Assembly (NCBI GenBank): GCA_963700755.1
Contig: CAVOYW010000002.1
Location: 46,968-110,967 of the forward strand
Length of the DNA stretch: 64,000 bases
Origin: an uncultured Acidimicrobiales bacterium
GTDB taxonomy: Bacteria; Actinomycetota; Acidimicrobiia; Acidimicrobiales; SZUA-35
Reading direction: 5' to 3'
Below, piece after piece: positions 17,686 to 28,808 of this stretch (position 1 is its first letter; every line of letters begins with the position of its first letter). The notes below the pieces were generated by a model, which saw nothing but the letters and a program-made list of their open reading frames with translations, searched no databases and was not told the DNA's origin. The position numbers and the translations under genes were made by a program.

Positions 17686-19018
17686 ATGACCGAACCCTTC
17701 TTCTCCTCGATCACCGAACCCATCCGCTACGCCGGTCCCGACAGCAGCGATCCCCTGAGCTTCCGTTGGTACGACGCCGACCGCGTCGTTGCCGGGCGCA
17801 CCATGGCCGATCACCTGCGGTTTGCGGCCTGCTACTGGCATTCGTTCGCCTGGGACGGGTCCGACATCTTCGGGTCGGGAACACTCGACCGGCCGTGGCT
17901 GAGCGGCAAGGGGGACCCGATCACACTGGCCGAGCACAAGCAGGACGCCGCCTTCGAGTTCTTCGCCAAGCTCGGGGTCCCCTTCTATTGCTTCCACGAC
18001 GTCGACATGGCGCCCGAGGGTGCCACCTTCGCCGAGTCGACGGCCAACCTCGACCACATGATCGAGAGGGCCCAGAGCCTAATGGCCGAGACCGGGGTGG
18101 AGCTGCTCTGGGGCACGGCCAACTTGTTCACGCATCCTCGCTACATGGGTGGAGCCGCCACCAACCCCGATCCCGAGGTCTTCGCCCGAGCGGCCGCCCA
18201 GGTGTGCAACATCCTCGAAGCCACCCATCGCCTCGGGGGAGCGAACTACGTGTTGTGGGGCGGCCGGGAAGGGTACGAGACCCTGCTCAACACCGATCTC
18301 GGTCGTGAGGGCGAGCAACTGGCTCGCTTCCTTCATCTCGTGGTCGAGCACAAACACCGCATCGGGTTCGACGGGCTCTTGCTACTCGAGCCCAAGCCGT
18401 TCGAGCCGACCAAGCATCAGTACGACCATGACACCGCCACCGTGCACGCGTTCCTGCAGCGCTGGGATCTCCTCGGGGAACTGTTCGTCAACATCGAGGT
18501 CAACCACGCCACGCTGGCCGGTCACGACTTCCAGCACGAGATCGCCTATGCGGTCGACGCCGGGATCTTCGGCTCGGTCGACGCCAACGCCGGCGACGAT
18601 CGCCTCGGCTGGGACGTCGATCGGTTCCCGGTCTCGGTCGAGCAGATGGCACTGGGCATGTACGAGGTCCTCCGAGGCGGCGGGCTCGGGCAGCGGCGGG
18701 CTCAATTTCGACGCCAAGCTCCGGCGTCAGAGCATCGACCGAAACGACCTCTTCCACGCCCACATCGGTGGCATGGACACCATGGCCCGTGCGCTGCTCG
18801 TTGCCGACTCCCTCCTGAGTTCGGGAGACCTCGAATCGTTGCGCACCGAGCGTTATGCCGGATGGGACACCGCCTTCGGGTCCGAGTTGCTGTCGGGATC
18901 GCTGAGCCTGCCCGACTTGCGCAGTCGCGCCGCCACGGCCACCGACCCCCAGCCGCGGTCGGGCCGCCAGGAGGAACTCGAGAACGTCGTCGCCCGTCAC
19001 GTCCAGCAGGCGATCTGA
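17686..19018 (+). pseudogene. xylA: Xylose isomerase with one +1 frameshift at about 18688-18690 (either a genuine lesion or a homopolymer sequencing error)
   Basis: From ATG 17686 the protein reads [30 protein letters not shown]...FHDVD...[16 protein letters not shown]. After ...VLRGGGLG the recognisable sequence ([29 protein letters not shown]...) continues in the frame of ORF 18149..19018. An extra G appears in CTCGGGCAGC. Confidence 0.85.
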
Positions 19019-19020
19019 GC

Positions 19021-20451
19021 GTGCCACTCGTGCTCGGGGTCGATTCGTCGACCCAGTCGACCAAGGTCGAACTCCGCCGGCTCGACGATGGCGGGCTCGT
19101 CGCCTCCGGCCGGTCGGGCCATCCCCCGACCTCGCCGCCGTGCAGCGAACAAGACCCCCGGGCCTGGTGGGAAGCGCTGGGTCGGGCGCTCGCCGAGGTC
19201 GGCGATCACCTGAGCGAGGTCGTCGCCCTGTCGGTGGCGGGCCAGCAGCACGGACTGGTCATCCTCGACGAACACGGCGAGCCACTCCGGCCGGCCAAGC
19301 TCTGGAACGACACCGAATCGGCGCCCCAGGCCGAGGCGATGGTCGCACGACTGGGCCCCGGAGCCTGGGCAAACGCCTGCGGATCGGTTCCGGTGGCCAG
19401 TTTCACGGTCACCAAGCTGGCCTGGGTCGCCGAACACGAGCCGCACCTCCTCGACCGGATCGCCCACGTCCTGCTGCCCCACGACTACCTCACCTACCGC
19501 CTGACCGGTCGGCCGGTCACCGACCGGGGCGACGCCTCCGGGACCGCCTGGTGGTCGCCGGTCCAGGGTCGGTACCGACCCGACCTGCTCGAGGCGGCCG
19601 GGCTCGCGCCGTCACTGATCGACCGCATGCCGACCGTGCTCGAACCGCTCGAGGCCGTCGGCGAGGTCACGGTGTCCGGGCTCGGCCTGCCCCCCGGCGT
19701 GGTCGTCGGGCCGGGATCGGGTGACAACATGGCCGGGGCGCTGGGGATCGGGCTGGCACCCGGTGACGTGGCCGTGTCGATCGGGACGTCGGGCACCGCG
19801 TACGCCGTGAGCGAGACGCCAACGGCCGACGCCACCGGCGCCGTCGCGGGGTTCGCCGACGCCAGTGGCCGCTATCTGCCGTTGATCGCCACCCTCAACG
19901 CCACCAAGGTGACCGACTGGATGGCCCGAATGCTCGGTCTCGATGCGCCGGCGTTGGCTGCACTGGCCCTCCAGGCCGAACCCGGCTCCGGTGGCGTGGT
20001 GACCGTGCCCTACTTCGATGGCGAGCGCACGCCGAATCGTCCCGACGCCACCGGAGCCCTGCACGGCCTCCGCACCGCGACCGAACGATCACAGCTGGCC
20101 CGGTCGGTTCACGAGGGGGTCGTGTGCGGACTCCTCGACGGTGTCGATGCGCTCATCGCGGCCGGGGTGCCGATCGACGGGTTGCTGCTGCTCATCGGAG
20201 GGGGTGCACGGTCGATGGCGTTCCGCACGATCATGGCGCAGCTCGCGGATCGGCCGGTCGTGGTCCCGAACGCCGACGAGGCCGTTGCCGCCGGCGCCTG
20301 CGTGCAGGCAGCGGCCGTCTTCACCGGGACCGATCCGGTCGCCGTTGCCAGGGCCTGGGGTATGGGCCACGGCCCGACGATCGACGTCGAGCCCGCCGAT
20401 GGCGCCGCCATCCGGGCTCACTACGGATCGGCTGCGGCCCTGGGCGACTGA
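19021..20451 (+). CDS. xylB: Xylulokinase (FGGY carbohydrate kinase family)
   Basis: GTG at 19021 lies 2 nt after the xylA stop. The motifs are [26 protein letters not shown] and [11 protein letters not shown]. Confidence 0.9.
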   Translation: MPLVLGVDSSTQSTKVELRRLDDGGLVASGRSGHPPTSPPCSEQDPRAWWEALGRALAEVGDHLSEVVALSVAGQQHGLVILDEHGEPLRPAKLWNDTESAPQAEAMVARLGPGAWANACGSVPVASFTVTKLAWVAEHEPHLLDRIAHVLLPHDYLTYRLTGRPVTDRGDASGTAWWSPVQGRYRPDLLEAAGLAPSLIDRMPTVLEPLEAVGEVTVSGLGLPPGVVVGPGSGDNMAGALGIGLAPGDVAVSIGTSGTAYAVSETPTADATGAVAGFADASGRYLPLIATLNATKVTDWMARMLGLDAPALAALALQAEPGSGGVVTVPYFDGERTPNRPDATGALHGLRTATERSQLARSVHEGVVCGLLDGVDALIAAGVPIDGLLLLIGGGARSMAFRTIMAQLADRPVVVPNADEAVAAGACVQAAAVFTGTDPVAVARAWGMGHGPTIDVEPADGAAIRAHYGSAAALGD

Positions 20452-20476
20452 CCCCGCCCGGGCCCCCGGCGGGGGC

Positions 20477-22210
20477 CTAGCGGCCGGCGCGGAGGAGCCG
20501 ACCCGGCAGGGCGTCGGTTGGTCGGTCGTGATCCACGACGACGACCCCGTCGACGATCGTGGCGACGTAGCCGACGGCGTCCTGTACGAGTCTCTTGCCG
20601 CCGCCGGGGAGGTCGTAGGTCATGCGCGGTGTCGCCAGCGAGAGCCGGTCGTGGTCGATGACGTTGACGTCGGCCCTGGCTCCGACGACCAGTCGTCCGC
20701 GATCGTGGAAACCGAACAGCGAGGCCGGGTCGGCGGTGAGTCGCCGGACGACGAAGGGCACGTCGAGCCGATCACCGCGGGTTCGGTCTCGGGTCCAGTA
20801 GGACAGGGTCGAGGTGGTGGCGCTGGCATCGCAGATCACGCTGCAGTGCGCGCCGGCATCGCCGAGTCCCGGGACGGCCCCGTCGAAACGGATCATGTCG
20901 AGGGCGAAGTCGAGATTGCCGTCTGCATAGTTGCCGCTCGTCAGCAGCACGACCCCGTGGCCGCGTGCGCTCTGGTAGTGGTCGTAGAGCAGGGCCAGAG
21001 GCGGCGTGTTCGCGGCCCGGGCCCGGGCGCCGATCGATTCGCCGGGGTCCGGCTCGTAGTCGGGGTTCGGACCGAGGGCGAACATCGAGTCGACGACGGC
21101 GTCGTAGCCGGTACCCATCTCGGTGGCCTCGATGAGGATCTGCTCCCGGATGCCCTCGTCGGCCAGTGCGTGGAAGCGTCGCTCGAGGGGCAGGTCGGCG
21201 ATGACCGCGTAGGTCGGGCAATGGCTGAACGGGTGGCGGTTGGTCTCCCATCCGATCACGGCTCCGGTGGGCCGGGCCAGAACCTGCGGCCGCAGGTCCA
21301 CGCCATCGGCCCTTGCTGCGGCGGTGAGGTCGAGCATCCGGCGCCAACCATCGGGATGCGACCGGGTTTGCTTCAACGAATAGGTGATGGTGATCCCGGT
21401 GGACCGGGCGACCTCGATCAGCATGGCCAGTTCGTTGAGGACGTCGGGATAGCGGTTGAACTCGGGTGCGACCTGGAGCACCCCATGGCCGACCTCGGCG
21501 ATGGCCGAACCCAGGGCCAGGTATTCGTCGCGGTCGGCGAAACGGGACGGTGCCGGTCGACCGTCGCGGGTTCGTTGACCGACCAGGCGGGTCGACCCGA
21601 TGCCGACGGCCCCGGCCGCCAGCGCGTCGGCGGCCAGAGCCCGCATGGTGGCGCGTTCCGCGGCGTTCGCCGGTTCACCGCCGAGAGCCCGATCGAGTCC
21701 CATGGCCTCGACCCGGAGGCACGAGTGGGGCACCAGGCCGGCAAGGTTCATGTCGTAGGACCGCTCGGCGATGACGTCGAGGTAGTCGGGATAGCTCTCC
21801 CATGACCAGGACAGGCCGAGTTCGAGGACTGCTCGGGGGATGTCCTCGACCCCTTCCATGAGGTCGATGGTGAACTCGCGGTGTTCGGGCCGGCAGGGAG
21901 CGAAGCCGACCCCGCAGTTGCCCATGACGGTGGTCGTGATGCCGTGACCGGAGTTTGGGACCATGCGGTGTTCCCAGGTTGCGGCGGCGTCGAGGTGCGA
22001 GTGGGTGTCGATGAAGCCCGGGGTGACCAGGAGGCCGGTGGCGTCGATGTCGTGGCGGCCCGAACGCCGATCGGCACCCGGGCCCGGGTTCTCGACGGGC
22101 TCGACGGCGGTGATGTGCCCGTCGTCGATGACCACATCGCCTCGGAACGGCTCGCCGCCCGATCCGTCGACGACGAGACCGCCGCGGATGATCAGGTCGT
22201 GGTCGGTCAC
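20477..22210 (-). CDS. N-acyl-D-amino-acid deacylase (D-aminoacylase) family amidohydrolase
   Basis: The motifs are [28 protein letters not shown] and [16 protein letters not shown]. Confidence 0.9.
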   Translation of the reverse strand: MTDHDLIIRGGLVVDGSGGEPFRGDVVIDDGHITAVEPVENPGPGADRRSGRHDIDATGLLVTPGFIDTHSHLDAAATWEHRMVPNSGHGITTTVMGNCGVGFAPCRPEHREFTIDLMEGVEDIPRAVLELGLSWSWESYPDYLDVIAERSYDMNLAGLVPHSCLRVEAMGLDRALGGEPANAAERATMRALAADALAAGAVGIGSTRLVGQRTRDGRPAPSRFADRDEYLALGSAIAEVGHGVLQVAPEFNRYPDVLNELAMLIEVARSTGITITYSLKQTRSHPDGWRRMLDLTAAARADGVDLRPQVLARPTGAVIGWETNRHPFSHCPTYAVIADLPLERRFHALADEGIREQILIEATEMGTGYDAVVDSMFALGPNPDYEPDPGESIGARARAANTPPLALLYDHYQSARGHGVVLLTSGNYADGNLDFALDMIRFDGAVPGLGDAGAHCSVICDASATTSTLSYWTRDRTRGDRLDVPFVVRRLTADPASLFGFHDRGRLVVGARADVNVIDHDRLSLATPRMTYDLPGGGKRLVQDAVGYVATIVDGVVVVDHDRPTDALPGRLLRAGR

Positions 22211-22214
22211 CGTC

Positions 22215-23057
22215 TCACAGCCCCTGCCACTGCGGCGGCCGCTTCTCGCGGAACGCCCGGGTGGCCTCGGCCACCTCGCCGGTGGCGCTGCACATGATCT
22301 GGGTCCGGTTCTCGAGGTCGAGGGCGTGACGCAACGATGGGGCGTCGATGGTCTGCCACATGGTCTCCTTCGTCATCCAGGTTCCGAAGGGTGCGTTGAC
22401 CCGGATCAGGCGTGCGGTGTCGAGCGCCCGATCGACCACCGATCCATCGGGGACCACATCGACGACCAGGCCGATGGATTCGGCTTCGGCAGCCTCGAAG
22501 ATCCGGGCCGTCAGCAACAGCTCGGCCGATCGCGAGGCCCCGACGAGTCGGGGCAGGAAGTAACTGGTTCCCATGTCGCAGTTCGAGACGCCGATCTTCA
22601 AGAAGACGGCGCCGAAGGTCGCCGACTCGGCGGCGTGGCGGATGTCGCAGGCCAGCGCCATGGCGAACCCGCCACCGACACACGGCCCGTTGACGGCGGC
22701 GATCCAGGGCTTGCGGGAACGATGGATGCGTTCGTTGAGGGTGGCGATCTGGTCCTGACCCATGAACCCCGAGGCGATGGGCCCCGTGCCCTCCGAGCCG
22801 GGAGCCCGGGAATCGGTTCCGAGCAGATCGAGGCCGGCACAGAAACCGCGGCCGGCTCCGGTCAGGATCACGGCCCGAATGTGGGGGTCGAGGTCGACGG
22901 CGTCGACCACGGTCGTCACCTCGGCGATCAGTTGGGGGGTGATGGCGTTGAGGCGGTCCGGCCGGTTCAGGGTGACGAGGACCACGTCGTCGTCGATCTC
23001 GGCGACCGTGATGCAGGCGAACTCGGGAAGCCCGGACAGGGCGGCAGTGGCGGACAT
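22215..23057 (-). CDS. Enoyl-CoA hydratase/isomerase (crotonase) family
   Basis: The motifs are LVTLNRPDRLNAIT, ILTGAGRGFCAGLDL and AAVNGPCVGGGFAMALACDIR. Confidence 0.9.
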   Translation of the reverse strand: MSATAALSGLPEFACITVAEIDDDVVLVTLNRPDRLNAITPQLIAEVTTVVDAVDLDPHIRAVILTGAGRGFCAGLDLLGTDSRAPGSEGTGPIASGFMGQDQIATLNERIHRSRKPWIAAVNGPCVGGGFAMALACDIRHAAESATFGAVFLKIGVSNCDMGTSYFLPRLVGASRSAELLLTARIFEAAEAESIGLVVDVVPDGSVVDRALDTARLIRVNAPFGTWMTKETMWQTIDAPSLRHALDLENRTQIMCSATGEVAEATRAFREKRPPQWQGL

Positions 23058-23101
23058 GGGGTCAGTTCAGCACCGACTTCGCAGACTCCCAAACCCAGTC
23101 G

Positions 23102-23881
23102 TCAGCGAGCGCTGGCCCCGCCGTCGATGGTCAGGGTGGTCCCACTGATGTGGGAGGCCCGATCCGAAACGAGGAAGGTGACCACGTCGGCCACCTGTCG
23201 AACCGTTCCCGGTGGGGGATCGGTGGGCATGAGTTCCTCCCAGCGGCTTTCGTCGCCGAACCGGGCCTCGGCCTGACGGCGAAGGAGATCGGTCATCCGG
23301 TCGGTGTTGATCAGACCGGGGTTGACGGCGAGGACTCGAACGCCGGTGCGCATCGACGTGCTGCCGATCGCCCGGGTCATGGCGGCCAACGCCGAATTGC
23401 CGGCCGCGCCGGCGATGTAGCCGGGGCTCGGATGGTCGGCAGCCGCTCCGATGACGTTCAGGAGGACGCCCGCTGTGCGGACGCCGCTCGGTTCCAGCGC
23501 GGGGAGGAGCAGGCGCATGAGATTGATGTAGCCGAAGACCTTGAGGTCCCACGCCTCACGCCAGGTCTCCTCGTCGATCGTCGACAGCGACCCGCCGGGG
23601 ATGGCGCCGGCGTTGTTGATCACGATGTCGAGACGACCGGCCGTCGCCTGCTCGGCGAGTCGGTGCTGGTCGGCCGAACTCGACAGGTCGACGGCCGCCA
23701 CGTCGACGGTGACGCCGAACCGGTCGTGGAGGTCGGTGGCGATCCGGTGGAGCCGGTCGCCCGAGCGGGCGGCGAGCAGGAGGTCGACGCCTTCGCCGGC
23801 CAGCGATTCGGCGATGCCGAGACCGATGCCCTTCGAAGCGCCGGTGATGAGGGCCCGCCGACCGTTCAGTCCGAGTTCCAT
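23102..23881 (-). CDS. SDR-family oxidoreductase
   Basis: The motifs are ALITGASKGIGLGIA (TGxxxGxG), NNAG and the catalytic YxxxK region. Confidence 0.9.
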   Translation of the reverse strand: MELGLNGRRALITGASKGIGLGIAESLAGEGVDLLLAARSGDRLHRIATDLHDRFGVTVDVAAVDLSSSADQHRLAEQATAGRLDIVINNAGAIPGGSLSTIDEETWREAWDLKVFGYINLMRLLLPALEPSGVRTAGVLLNVIGAAADHPSPGYIAGAAGNSALAAMTRAIGSTSMRTGVRVLAVNPGLINTDRMTDLLRRQAEARFGDESRWEELMPTDPPPGTVRQVADVVTFLVSDRASHISGTTLTIDGGASAR

Positions 23882-23888
23882 TGCCGGT

Positions 23889-24614
23889 CTACCTCGCCAT
23901 CCGCTCGGCCATGTCGTCGGGTCGTCCGAACGGCAGGCCCCGTTCGTGGACGAGTGCCTCGGTCCGGGTCATGTCGGAACCGGAAGCGATGAGTCGCTTG
24001 ACGATTCGATTGGTTCCGGCGGAGTTGGCGACGATCTCGGTGGCCAAGGCCTGGACCGCAGCATCGAGTTGGTCGTCGGCGACGGCGTGGTCGACCAACC
24101 CGATCGCGGCAGCCGAGACGCCATCGATGCGCCGAGCCGTGAACATGAGCTCCTTGGCCATCGAGCGGCCGACCCGCTCGGGGAGTCGGATCGACATGCC
24201 CCAGATCGGCACCAGCCCCCACTGGCCGTGGGTGTCGCCGAGTGTGGTCGACTCGGCGGCGATCAGGAGGTCGCAGGCCAGGGCGAGTTCGAGACCGCCG
24301 GTGAAGCAGTGGCCGTGGATCTTGGCGATCGTGGGCTGGGGCAGGGCTTCGAGCGCGTCGACGGTCTCGGGCTCGAAGTCCTTGCTGGGGGCGTGTTCGC
24401 CGCTGGCGATCGAGCCGAGATCATGGCCTGCGCAGAAGGACCGACCGGCGCCGGTCAGGACGACGCACCGAACGGTTGGGTCGGCGGCGAGGTCGTCGAG
24501 GTGCTCACGGAGTCGGACGAAGACCGCCGGTGTCAGTGCATTGAGCTTGTCGGGTCGATTGAGCGTCAGGGTGCAGATGCCATCGTCGTCGGTTCGGATG
24601 ACGAGATCGGTCAT
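23889..24614 (-). CDS. Enoyl-CoA hydratase/isomerase family
   Basis: The start is ATG at 24614 (MTDLVIRTDDDGICTLTLNRPDKLNALT). Other motifs are VLTGAGRSFCAGHDL and GHCFTGGLELALACDL. Confidence 0.9.
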   Translation of the reverse strand: MTDLVIRTDDDGICTLTLNRPDKLNALTPAVFVRLREHLDDLAADPTVRCVVLTGAGRSFCAGHDLGSIASGEHAPSKDFEPETVDALEALPQPTIAKIHGHCFTGGLELALACDLLIAAESTTLGDTHGQWGLVPIWGMSIRLPERVGRSMAKELMFTARRIDGVSAAAIGLVDHAVADDQLDAAVQALATEIVANSAGTNRIVKRLIASGSDMTRTEALVHERGLPFGRPDDMAERMAR

Positions 24615-24636
24615 GGTCGTTCCTCTTCCGGAGGGG

Positions 24637-25092
24637 TCAGTCGGGTGTGGGTGTGCGTTGGTCGGCCGCCTGGCAGGCGCGGCACCGTCCCTCGAGTGCG
24701 AAGTGCCGTGGTCGGGCCGCGAACCCGTAGCGGTCGAGGAGGCCCTTGGTGTGTGCCCGGAAGTCCGCCGCCGGGACCTCGATGATCGTTTCGCAATCGG
24801 AGCACACCAGGTGGACGTGGTCGGGGACGGGTTGCACGTGGTAGACGGCGGGTCCGTGCGCGAGGTGGCCGTGCTCGACGATGTCGAGTTCGGTGAGGGT
24901 GTCGAGGAACCGGTAGATGGTGGACTCGGCGATTTCGGGGTGGTCGGCCGACACCGCATCGGCGAGTTCGATCGGGGTGAAGTGGTCGGGCATCGACAGC
25001 ATGGCGGTGGCCAGGATTCGTCGCGGTCCGGTGATGCGGTGACCGTTGGCGGCCAGGACGTCGAGGATCTGGGTGACATCGGCATCGGACAT
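24637..25092 (-). CDS. Fur-family metalloregulator (Zur/Fur/Mur type not resolved)
   Basis: 151 aa starting at ATG 25092. It has a winged-helix segment (STIYRFLDTLTELDIV), HVHLVCSDCETI and a C-terminal CRAC, so both CxxC pairs are present. Confidence 0.85.
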   Translation of the reverse strand: MSDADVTQILDVLAANGHRITGPRRILATAMLSMPDHFTPIELADAVSADHPEIAESTIYRFLDTLTELDIVEHGHLAHGPAVYHVQPVPDHVHLVCSDCETIIEVPAADFRAHTKGLLDRYGFAARPRHFALEGRCRACQAADQRTPTPD

Positions 25093-25181
25093 GTCCGCCA
25101 CCGTATCGATCGGGCCCGGCTGCTTCGCCCCGGCTCCGGCGAACGGGACCGGTCGGGACCTGTGGGCAGGGCGCGCCGGGC

Positions 25182-26867
25182 TCACGAACGCGAGAACTGG
25201 CGGATGACCCGTCCCGGACGTTCGCCGGTGTTGGTGCCCTGCTCGGTGACGACGGCCCCGTTGACGATCGTGGCGGCGTAGCCCCGGGAGCCGATCTTGA
25301 GGCGGCCGGCGCCGTTGGGGAAGTCGTTCGCATAGACCGGATGGTTTGAGGCGAGCGCGTCGAGATCGAAGACGTTCAGATCGGCAAAGTTCCCCGGGGC
25401 GAGCGTGCCTCGATCGATGAGCCCGAGTACCCCGGCGGGCATTGCGGTGAGGCGGCGCACCGCCTCGGGCAGCGAGGCGATGTTGCGGGTGCGATGCCAG
25501 TAGGCCAGATAGTGCGTGCTCATGTCGGCATCGCAGATCTGGCCGGCGTGGGCACCGGTGTCGGCGAGGCCGGGGTAGACGTGGTCGAGGGTGAGCAGGT
25601 GGTGGAGGCCCTCGGTGTTGCGGTTGAAGAACCACGTGTTGAACAGCTCTCGGCCGTCGCTCTCGATGAGCCGGTCGATCACGAACTCGACCGGGTGGAC
25701 GCCGAGTTCCTCTGCGTAGTGCGCGAGGGACCGGCCGCCGGCCTCGCTGTAGTCGGGTGAGGGGCCGTTGCCGAGGGGATAGATGTGGTTGGGGTCGTAC
25801 CACATGCCTTTCGTCTTGCCTTCGTCGACCAATCGGGCGCGAGTGGCCGGGTCCTTCAGTGCCGCAACCCGGTCGGCGAGCGTTGGCAGGTCGAGGAGCG
25901 CCTTCCACTGCTTGCCCTTGACCGGGGCGATCTGCGCCAGTCCGCAGAGCGACCCGCCCGGCCGTGACTGGCTCGCGAGCGTGATCCGCCCCACGTTGGC
26001 ATTGGTGTCGGCGAGAAAGCGGCCGAACATCTCGACTCCGGCGGTGCCGTGCCCGTTGCCGGCGCCGCCCGAGAAGAGCACGTCGCCACACGACCGGGCC
26101 ATTTCCCGGAGCAGGGTCATCTCGTGGTCGAACTTGGTGGCGAAGTCGTTGACCGCCTGGAAGAGTCCGCCTCCGGCTGCATTCATGCCGTCGGCGACGG
26201 CGAGGTATTCGTCGATGGGGGCCAGAGTGCCGGGCACGTAGCGGCCGTCGGGGACGACGTGGAGCAGGATGCGTGAGGTCGAGAAGCCGACGGCGCCACC
26301 GGCCACCGACTCCTCGGCGATGTCGCGCATCCGATTCAGTTCCTCGGGGGTGGCCGGCTCGTCGGTCAACGAGCGTTCGCCCATGACGTGATAGCGCACG
26401 GCGCAATGCCCGACCAGACCGACGATGTTGAGCGACGGCTTCATGCGTTCGACCGAGTCGAGGTATTCGGGATAGGTCTCCCAGTCCCACGGCAGCCCGT
26501 TCATGATGGCGTCGCGGGGGACGTCCTCGACGCTCTCCATCATCTCGGCCAGGTATTGGCGGTCGTCGGGGGCGACCGGAGCGAAGGTGACACCACAGTT
26601 GCCCATCAACACCGTGGTCACGCCGTGCCACGAACTCGACGTCATCAGGGGGTCCCACCCGACCTGGGCATCGAGATGGGTGTGGAGATCGACGAATCCG
26701 GGCGACACGATCAGCCCGTCGGCGTCGATCTCACGACGTGCGACGGCGGAGGACAGGTCACCGATCTCGGTGATCCGGTCGCCGTCGACGGCGACGTCGG
26801 CCCGGTAGGGTTCGCCCCCGGTTCCGTCGACGACCGTGCCCCTGCGGATGATGAGATCGTGTGCCAT
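25182..26867 (-). CDS. N-acyl-D-amino-acid deacylase family amidohydrolase (paralogue of 20477..22210)
   Basis: The motifs are LIIRRGTVVDGTGGEP, SPGFVDLHTHLD and GVTTVLMGNCGVTFAP. Confidence 0.9.
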   Translation of the reverse strand: MAHDLIIRRGTVVDGTGGEPYRADVAVDGDRITEIGDLSSAVARREIDADGLIVSPGFVDLHTHLDAQVGWDPLMTSSSWHGVTTVLMGNCGVTFAPVAPDDRQYLAEMMESVEDVPRDAIMNGLPWDWETYPEYLDSVERMKPSLNIVGLVGHCAVRYHVMGERSLTDEPATPEELNRMRDIAEESVAGGAVGFSTSRILLHVVPDGRYVPGTLAPIDEYLAVADGMNAAGGGLFQAVNDFATKFDHEMTLLREMARSCGDVLFSGGAGNGHGTAGVEMFGRFLADTNANVGRITLASQSRPGGSLCGLAQIAPVKGKQWKALLDLPTLADRVAALKDPATRARLVDEGKTKGMWYDPNHIYPLGNGPSPDYSEAGGRSLAHYAEELGVHPVEFVIDRLIESDGRELFNTWFFNRNTEGLHHLLTLDHVYPGLADTGAHAGQICDADMSTHYLAYWHRTRNIASLPEAVRRLTAMPAGVLGLIDRGTLAPGNFADLNVFDLDALASNHPVYANDFPNGAGRLKIGSRGYAATIVNGAVVTEQGTNTGERPGRVIRQFSRS

Positions 26868-26992
26868 GGGTCCCCCTCGGTGGTTGACCGACGCTACACA
26901 TGCCTCGCCGGTGGCGACAAAAGGGGGGCGCGTCGAGGAATCCTACCGCCCGACCTGTTGTTGCGAGCTGCTTGCCATTAGCCTGACGGACC

Positions 26993-28012
26993 ATGGCTTC
27001 CAAACTGCTTGCCCTGTTGGTGGCGCTGACCCTCGGTGCCGCTGCCTGCTCTTCCAGCGACGAGTCGAGCTCGACCGATGCGTCGGCGGCCGGGAGCGAG
27101 TCCTCCGGTCTCGTCATCGCCACCACGGTCGCCCCGATCACGAGCCTGACCAGTCAGATCGTGGGTGACCGGGCCGAAGTCGTCGGCATCGTGCCCGAGG
27201 GCACGAACTCGCACACCTATGAACCCAAGCCGAGCGTGGCCGAATTGCTCAACCGGGCCGACCTGGTCTTCGTCAACGGTCTCAAGCTCGAGGACCCGAC
27301 CCTCGAACTGGCCGAGGCCAACATGCGTGACGACGCCGAACTCGTCGAGCTCGGCACGGTCGTGTTGCCCGAGAGCGACTACCTCTACGACTTCTCGTTC
27401 CCCGAGTCCGAGGGCAAGCCCAATCCGCATCTGTGGACCGATCCGACCTATGCGCTGCAGTACGCCGAGGTCATCCGCGACACCGTGTCGGGGGCCGATC
27501 CCGACAACGCCGACTACTACGCCGAGAACTACGACGCCTTCGCCGCCCTGATCGACGAGTTCGACACGGCGATGCGCACGGCGTTCGACACGATCCCCGA
27601 GGGGCAGAAGAAGCTGCTCACCTATCACGACGCCTATGCCTACTTCGCCAAGACCTATGGCTGGGAGGTGATCGGGGCCATCCAGGTGTCGGACTTCGAG
27701 GATCCCAGTCCCCGGGAACTCGCCGACCTGATCGATCAGGTGAAGGCCGAGGGTGTCACCGCGGTGTTCGGTTCCGAGGTCTTCCCCAGCCCGGTGCTCG
27801 AGCAGATCGGGAACGAGGCCGGTGTCGAGTACGTCGACGTCCTGCGAGACGACGACCTTCCGGGTGAACCCGGCGATCCCGAGCACTCCTGGTTGGGCCT
27901 GATGGTGTTCGACTATGTCACCATGACCCGGGCGTTGGGCGGGGACCCGTCGGCGATCGAGGCCCTCGAGGTCCGCAACGTCGCCCCCGACACCGCGACC
28001 TACCCCCAATGA
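26993..28012 (+). CDS. Metal ABC transporter substrate-binding lipoprotein (ZnuA/TroA/MntC cluster-9 family)
   Basis: The signal peptide carries a lipobox (LTLGAAAC). Other motifs are NSHTYEPKPS, NPHLWTDP and LLTYHDAYAYFAKTYG. Confidence 0.9.
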   Translation: MASKLLALLVALTLGAAACSSSDESSSTDASAAGSESSGLVIATTVAPITSLTSQIVGDRAEVVGIVPEGTNSHTYEPKPSVAELLNRADLVFVNGLKLEDPTLELAEANMRDDAELVELGTVVLPESDYLYDFSFPESEGKPNPHLWTDPTYALQYAEVIRDTVSGADPDNADYYAENYDAFAALIDEFDTAMRTAFDTIPEGQKKLLTYHDAYAYFAKTYGWEVIGAIQVSDFEDPSPRELADLIDQVKAEGVTAVFGSEVFPSPVLEQIGNEAGVEYVDVLRDDDLPGEPGDPEHSWLGLMVFDYVTMTRALGGDPSAIEALEVRNVAPDTATYPQ

Positions 28013-28025
28013 CCGGAGAAACCCG

Positions 28026-28808
28026 ATGATCCGTTCCGGTGAACTGATCCAGCTCGAGCACGTCACCTGCAGCTACGGCGAGAGCCCGGTCCTGGTCGAT
28101 GTCGACCTGACCATCGCCGACCGCCAGTTCACCGGGATCGTCGGGCCATCGGGGTCGGGGAAGACCACCCTGTTGAAGGTCCTGCTCGGCACCATGCGGC
28201 CGATACACGGCTCGGTCTATCGGAGCTCGGGTCTCCAGATCGGCTACGTGCCACAGGTCGAGACCGTCGACTGGAGCTTCCCGCTCACCGTTGGTGAGTG
28301 TGTCCTCCTGGCCAGTCCCGGGAATCGGCGGTTGCCCTGGCCGAGCAAGGCCGAACGCAGTGCTGCTCGCGACGTGATGGATCGGCTGGGCATCGGCTCG
28401 CTTGCGGACCGCCATATTCGTGACCTGTCGGGTGGTCAGCAGCAGCGCATGTTCATCGCCCGGGCGTTGCTCGGCAAGCCCGAGCTGCTGGTGATGGACG
28501 AGCCGACATCGGGTGTCGATGTCAAGACCCGGCACGAGGTGCTCCACCTGCTGGCCGACCTGAACGACGAGGGACTGGCGGTGGTGCTCACGACGCACGA
28601 TCTCAACGGTATGGCATCGCACCTCCCGCACCTGGTGTGCATGAACACGCGGATCATCGAGAGCGGCCCGCCGTCTCGGGTGCTCACCTCCGAGGTGATG
28701 GAAGCGACGTTCGGGGCGGCCATGGACGTGTTCGACTACAGCGGACACCCCGTCGTCGTCGATCGTAAGGGCCCCAACCGGGTGATCCCGCTACGGAAGG
28801 AAGCCTGA
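28026..28808 (+). CDS. Metal ABC transporter ATP-binding protein (ZnuC-like)
   Basis: Walker A is GPSGSGKTTL, the signature is LSGGQQQRMFIARAL, and Walker B is LLVMDEPTSGVD. Confidence 0.9.
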   Translation: MIRSGELIQLEHVTCSYGESPVLVDVDLTIADRQFTGIVGPSGSGKTTLLKVLLGTMRPIHGSVYRSSGLQIGYVPQVETVDWSFPLTVGECVLLASPGNRRLPWPSKAERSAARDVMDRLGIGSLADRHIRDLSGGQQQRMFIARALLGKPELLVMDEPTSGVDVKTRHEVLHLLADLNDEGLAVVLTTHDLNGMASHLPHLVCMNTRIIESGPPSRVLTSEVMEATFGAAMDVFDYSGHPVVVDRKGPNRVIPLRKEA

